From Ignavibacteriota bacterium (lineage in GTDB: Bacteria > Bacteroidota > Ignavibacteria > UBA10030 > UBA6906): a stretch of 64,000 nucleotides of DNA. Below are positions 63,542 to 64,000 of the stretch, one piece after another. The notes beneath the pieces were generated by a model that was given only the letters and a program-made list of their open reading frames with translations, searched no databases and was not told the origin of the DNA. The stretch is taken from assembly GCA_963801355.1 (NCBI GenBank), contig CAWDEM010000004.1, positions 416,001-480,000 of the forward strand. The letters run 5' to 3'. A program made the translations under genes and the position numbers. Every line of letters begins with the position of its first letter. Positions within the stretch are counted from its first letter, which is position 1.

Positions 63542-63994
63542 TCACCAGCTGGAATGGTAATAGTAGTCCCCGCGATCTTCGTCGTCAGGAACGGCCAAGA
63601 TCGCTTCCAGGTTCGTCTTGGTGCGCTCCAGATCTTCCCAATACCAGCTGTCCACCTCGGTGGAACCAAAGAGGAAACCTGGTTGCGGCGGCAACAGGTT
63701 CATGGCTGTTTCAGTGTCGTGAGCTTCGAGCACTTGCTTGACGGTGTCCAGCAGCGCTTGAAGCTGTTCACGGCCAACATAGTAGGTGCCGCAGTTGTCG
63801 AGACCAACCTGGACATTCGAGACAAACCACCGATGGATGGCATTGGCCTTGCGCCAGTAGATCGCCTCCTCTACGATTGATTTGACCTTCATCGGGTTGA
63901 CGCCAGCTATGTTGATTATTGGCGGTTGTGCATTTTCATTATAGGTGTGTTCGCCACAGTATACATGGCGATTCAAATACATGTCAAGTCCCAT
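63542..63994 (-). CDS. Conserved phage hypothetical protein
   Basis: MGLDMYL, YWRKANAIHRWFV, LLP..PGFLFGS, YYYHSSW. Confidence 0.75.
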   Translation of the reverse strand: MGLDMYLNRHVYCGEHTYNENAQPPIINIAGVNPMKVKSIVEEAIYWRKANAIHRWFVSNVQVGLDNCGTYYVGREQLQALLDTVKQVLEAHDTETAMNLLPPQPGFLFGSTEVDSWYWEDLERTKTNLEAILAVPDDEDRGDYYYHSSW

Positions 63995-64000
63995 TACTGG

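Larger units (their letters stand above)
60852..64000. mobile_element. Second, tandemly integrated element (continues past the window)
   Basis: Integrase 85 bp after the att core, GTGGTAGCAG tandem arm-like repeats at 60878 and 60889, phage-type gene. Confidence 0.75.

Overview
Bases 1-26.7 kb are intact housekeeping genes of a GC-rich bacterium, probably Ignavibacteria/Bacteroidota-Chlorobiota-like (T9SS C-terminal QNYPNPFNP domains). They include waaF-like, an AAA/VWA pair, hisA, purE, dapB, rfbD, serS, two ABC exporters, fbp, TPR-DUF4292-EnvC, ettA and truA. A ~34 kb element is integrated at tRNA-Pro(TGG) (26721-26795), bounded by a 50-bp direct repeat (26753-26802 / 60802-60851). It carries: a satellite-like core (tyrosine integrase, HTH, AEP primase-helicase, iteron-rich ori); a defence block (DUF4145/HEPN, HNH-like, type I RM, SIR2-APAZ plus short Argonaute, CPBP, PD-(D/E)XK nuclease, NDT/TIR-like), several genes of which are separated by decayed integron attC-like sites; two SnoaL genes; a phage early/replication block (odd tRNA-Glu, peptidase, DUF932, Sak4, SSB, helicase, Gam); and two T9SS beta-propeller genes. 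A second integrase-bearing element starts right after attR. Frameshifts are frequent inside the island only. All calls were made by eye from motifs; no searches were run.
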